Below are positions 62,086-64,000 of a DNA stretch of 64,000 bases, in pieces. Below the pieces are notes generated by a model. That model did not search any database. It saw nothing but the letters and a program-made list of their open reading frames with translations, and was not told the DNA's origin. The translations under genes and the position numbers were made by a program. The stretch lies in NCBI GenBank assembly GCA_030704615.1, contig CM060733.1, positions 33,728,001-33,792,000 on the forward strand, given 5' to 3'. Source of the DNA: Takakia lepidozioides. Lineage: Eukaryota > Plantae > Bryophyta. Position 1 is the stretch's first letter. Each line of letters begins with the position of its first letter.

Positions 62086-64000
62086 TTAGTCTTCAATGAA
62101 ACTCGTGTGGATTTTCCAGATGTGGAAACCATAACCTAATCGAACAAGAATGAGCTCAAACAGCATGTGGAAGATGCTGAAGAGTCGAACTTTGGAGCCT
62201 GGAATCTCCGTCCAAGTTACAGACACTTCATGCACTGGAATGCGCAATCTCCTACAAAGATACACTAGCTCCACGTCAAAACACCACCTGCAAGTAACCC
62301 CAACCCGAATCAAGGCCTGCAGTAGTGTCCTACCCCTGCATCTCTGGATTCCAGAGCACACTAGATGCCTGATGCAAAAGAAGTATAGTTTGCAGACTGC
62401 GTACAGGGGAAAGACCACATTAAACACTGTGCGATAGCCCAACACTTGATTATACAGAAGGGAGCTCTTGAGCAGGAAAGCTACCTCTTCAGCCGCTGGT
62501 TAAGAAACAGTTGTTGGGCGGCAGCACGAGTAAACATCTTGAAGCCACACTGTGCAAAGCACCCAGCCCCGCAAATCAGTCAGTCCTCTCCGGACATTGG
62601 ATCCTTAGGAAGGCAATTTATCAGTAATTCCCAGGCTCAATGCAGCTCCTCCGGAGCCCAGGGAATTTCCATTTCAAAGGAAAAACCAGGGTGATGGATG
62701 GAAATGTCCCCATTGAACTATGTAGCCTTTCAATATTGACCACTTACTATTAGGAGGTAATAACCCTAATGAGTGAAGCAGACACTAAATGTTCTGCCAT
62801 CACTCTATTTCCTCCAGCTTCCTGCGGATACTGCCATTCACTGGTGACTTGAGGTTAAATTCGATTTCGAGTGGAAAACTTCTTAACAAATGGATCTAAC
62901 CACAACAAGATGATTGATCTCAAGGGGTGACTATGGAAAGGTACCTGTGTGTCGCGAATCCCACCGCCAGCAACCAGAAGCACGCAGAGGTGGAAGCCCT
63001 TCATCAGCAGATTGCGATACCACTTGCGCTGCAGCAAACCACCCAAGTATGCACCAACTTATATCGCCTGCCACACCCATGCTAAGCTAGATGATTTTGC
63101 ACACCATTTACTGTTCTGAGCCCAATCCACTACAAATTAATACACGTAATGGCACACAAGGGTTCTCTGCTCTTCAGAGAAACAAATTGACATTCACAGG
63201 AGGTCTGCCTAGTCCAAGCTAGGGGAACGGGCCCAATTTGGGACATGGAGCCTCCCAAATTGCACAACATTGCAACGTGATGCTAGTGTGTGGCTGAAAA
63301 TAATGGCCTATTGTTTGGATCCTGGAAACATTTTCCTGCAAGAAACCCCGTAAAGTGTACTTTCAAACATCTCCAGAAGAGAAAGAGAGAGAGAGACAGA
63401 GAGAGCACCGTGGCCAAAGCCAGCTTTTCCAAGTGAGCTCGAGAACCAAATGCAGCTATGGCAACATCAGCCACCTGATTGTGAGGTGAGCTCTGCTTCG
63501 AGGAATCTTCTTGCTGTGCTATGTTTTGTAGAATCTGCAAACAAATTTACATGCACCACGCCCAATTTAGACTTCTAACCTTGACATCAGTGATTTTGTC
63601 TTTGGAAGGACGCACTTGCTTTTCAATTCTTCTCTTATTATATATCTCAGGTTATTAGGATAACAGATAGTGCCTTCAAGCAAAAGGCTAATTTCTGAGC
63701 ACAGCCCCAGTATGAATGGGTGAGTGATATTATCAACAGCCCTCTAGTAGATATCCACAAGGATGGTTGAGGTAATCAAACTGTCACAACCAGAATGGCA
63801 GAACAAGGTGGCCCACAAGAGTTGTAATCTAGTTGATAGCCAAAAATCTGTGCTCCCTCCTGTCGACAATGGAGTAACCTAACACAAAACACGGAGAGAA
63901 AGGTAGGTTCATTCTGAGCCACTCACTTGGGTTTCTAGTTTTTGAAGGTCAGTGATCTTGGTAGCCCCATCAGAGTCCAGCATTAACAGCAGCTGCCCAC
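62086..64000 (-). CDS. ALG5: Dolichyl-phosphate beta-glucosyltransferase, 3' exons only (5'-partial)
   Basis: LLMLDSDGATK, AFGSRAHLE, RKWYRNLLMKGFH, IRDTQ|CGFKMFTR, WCFDVELVYL, WTEIPGSK. Confidence 0.93.

Overview
Eukaryotic nuclear DNA from a land plant, most likely a non-seed plant (inferred from very regular P-L-S PPR arrays, a class II formin and CRE-like retroelement debris). Intron-containing housekeeping genes (IMPL1, eIF3k, an SnRK1-gamma-like CBS protein, a small conserved plant protein, class II formin, FKBP17-2-like, RPS2/uS5, ALG5) are interspersed with four paralogous PLS-class PPR RNA-editing genes. Only one (main exon 17705-20234) keeps an intact DYW deaminase. Main observation: the three PPR paralogues whose 5' ends lie in the window each have two small upstream exons, missed by the ORF track, that together encode an OSB-type PDF motif (WxxFFxxPxQWWDNRxxK|xxxxPDFKHKxTxEALW..PPW). 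In the intact gene these exons splice in frame to the PPR-DYW exon, suggesting a PDF-PLS-DYW fusion architecture. Second observation: an 869-bp retro-insertion with an 8-bp target-site duplication, made of a CRE-like restriction-like-endonuclease tail that carries a C5-cytosine methyltransferase catalytic fragment. Also present: an RTE-like LINE in an IMPL1 intron, two large palindromes, tandem repeats and a templated insertion in a dead DYW domain. All gene models are manual predictions; no database searches were run.
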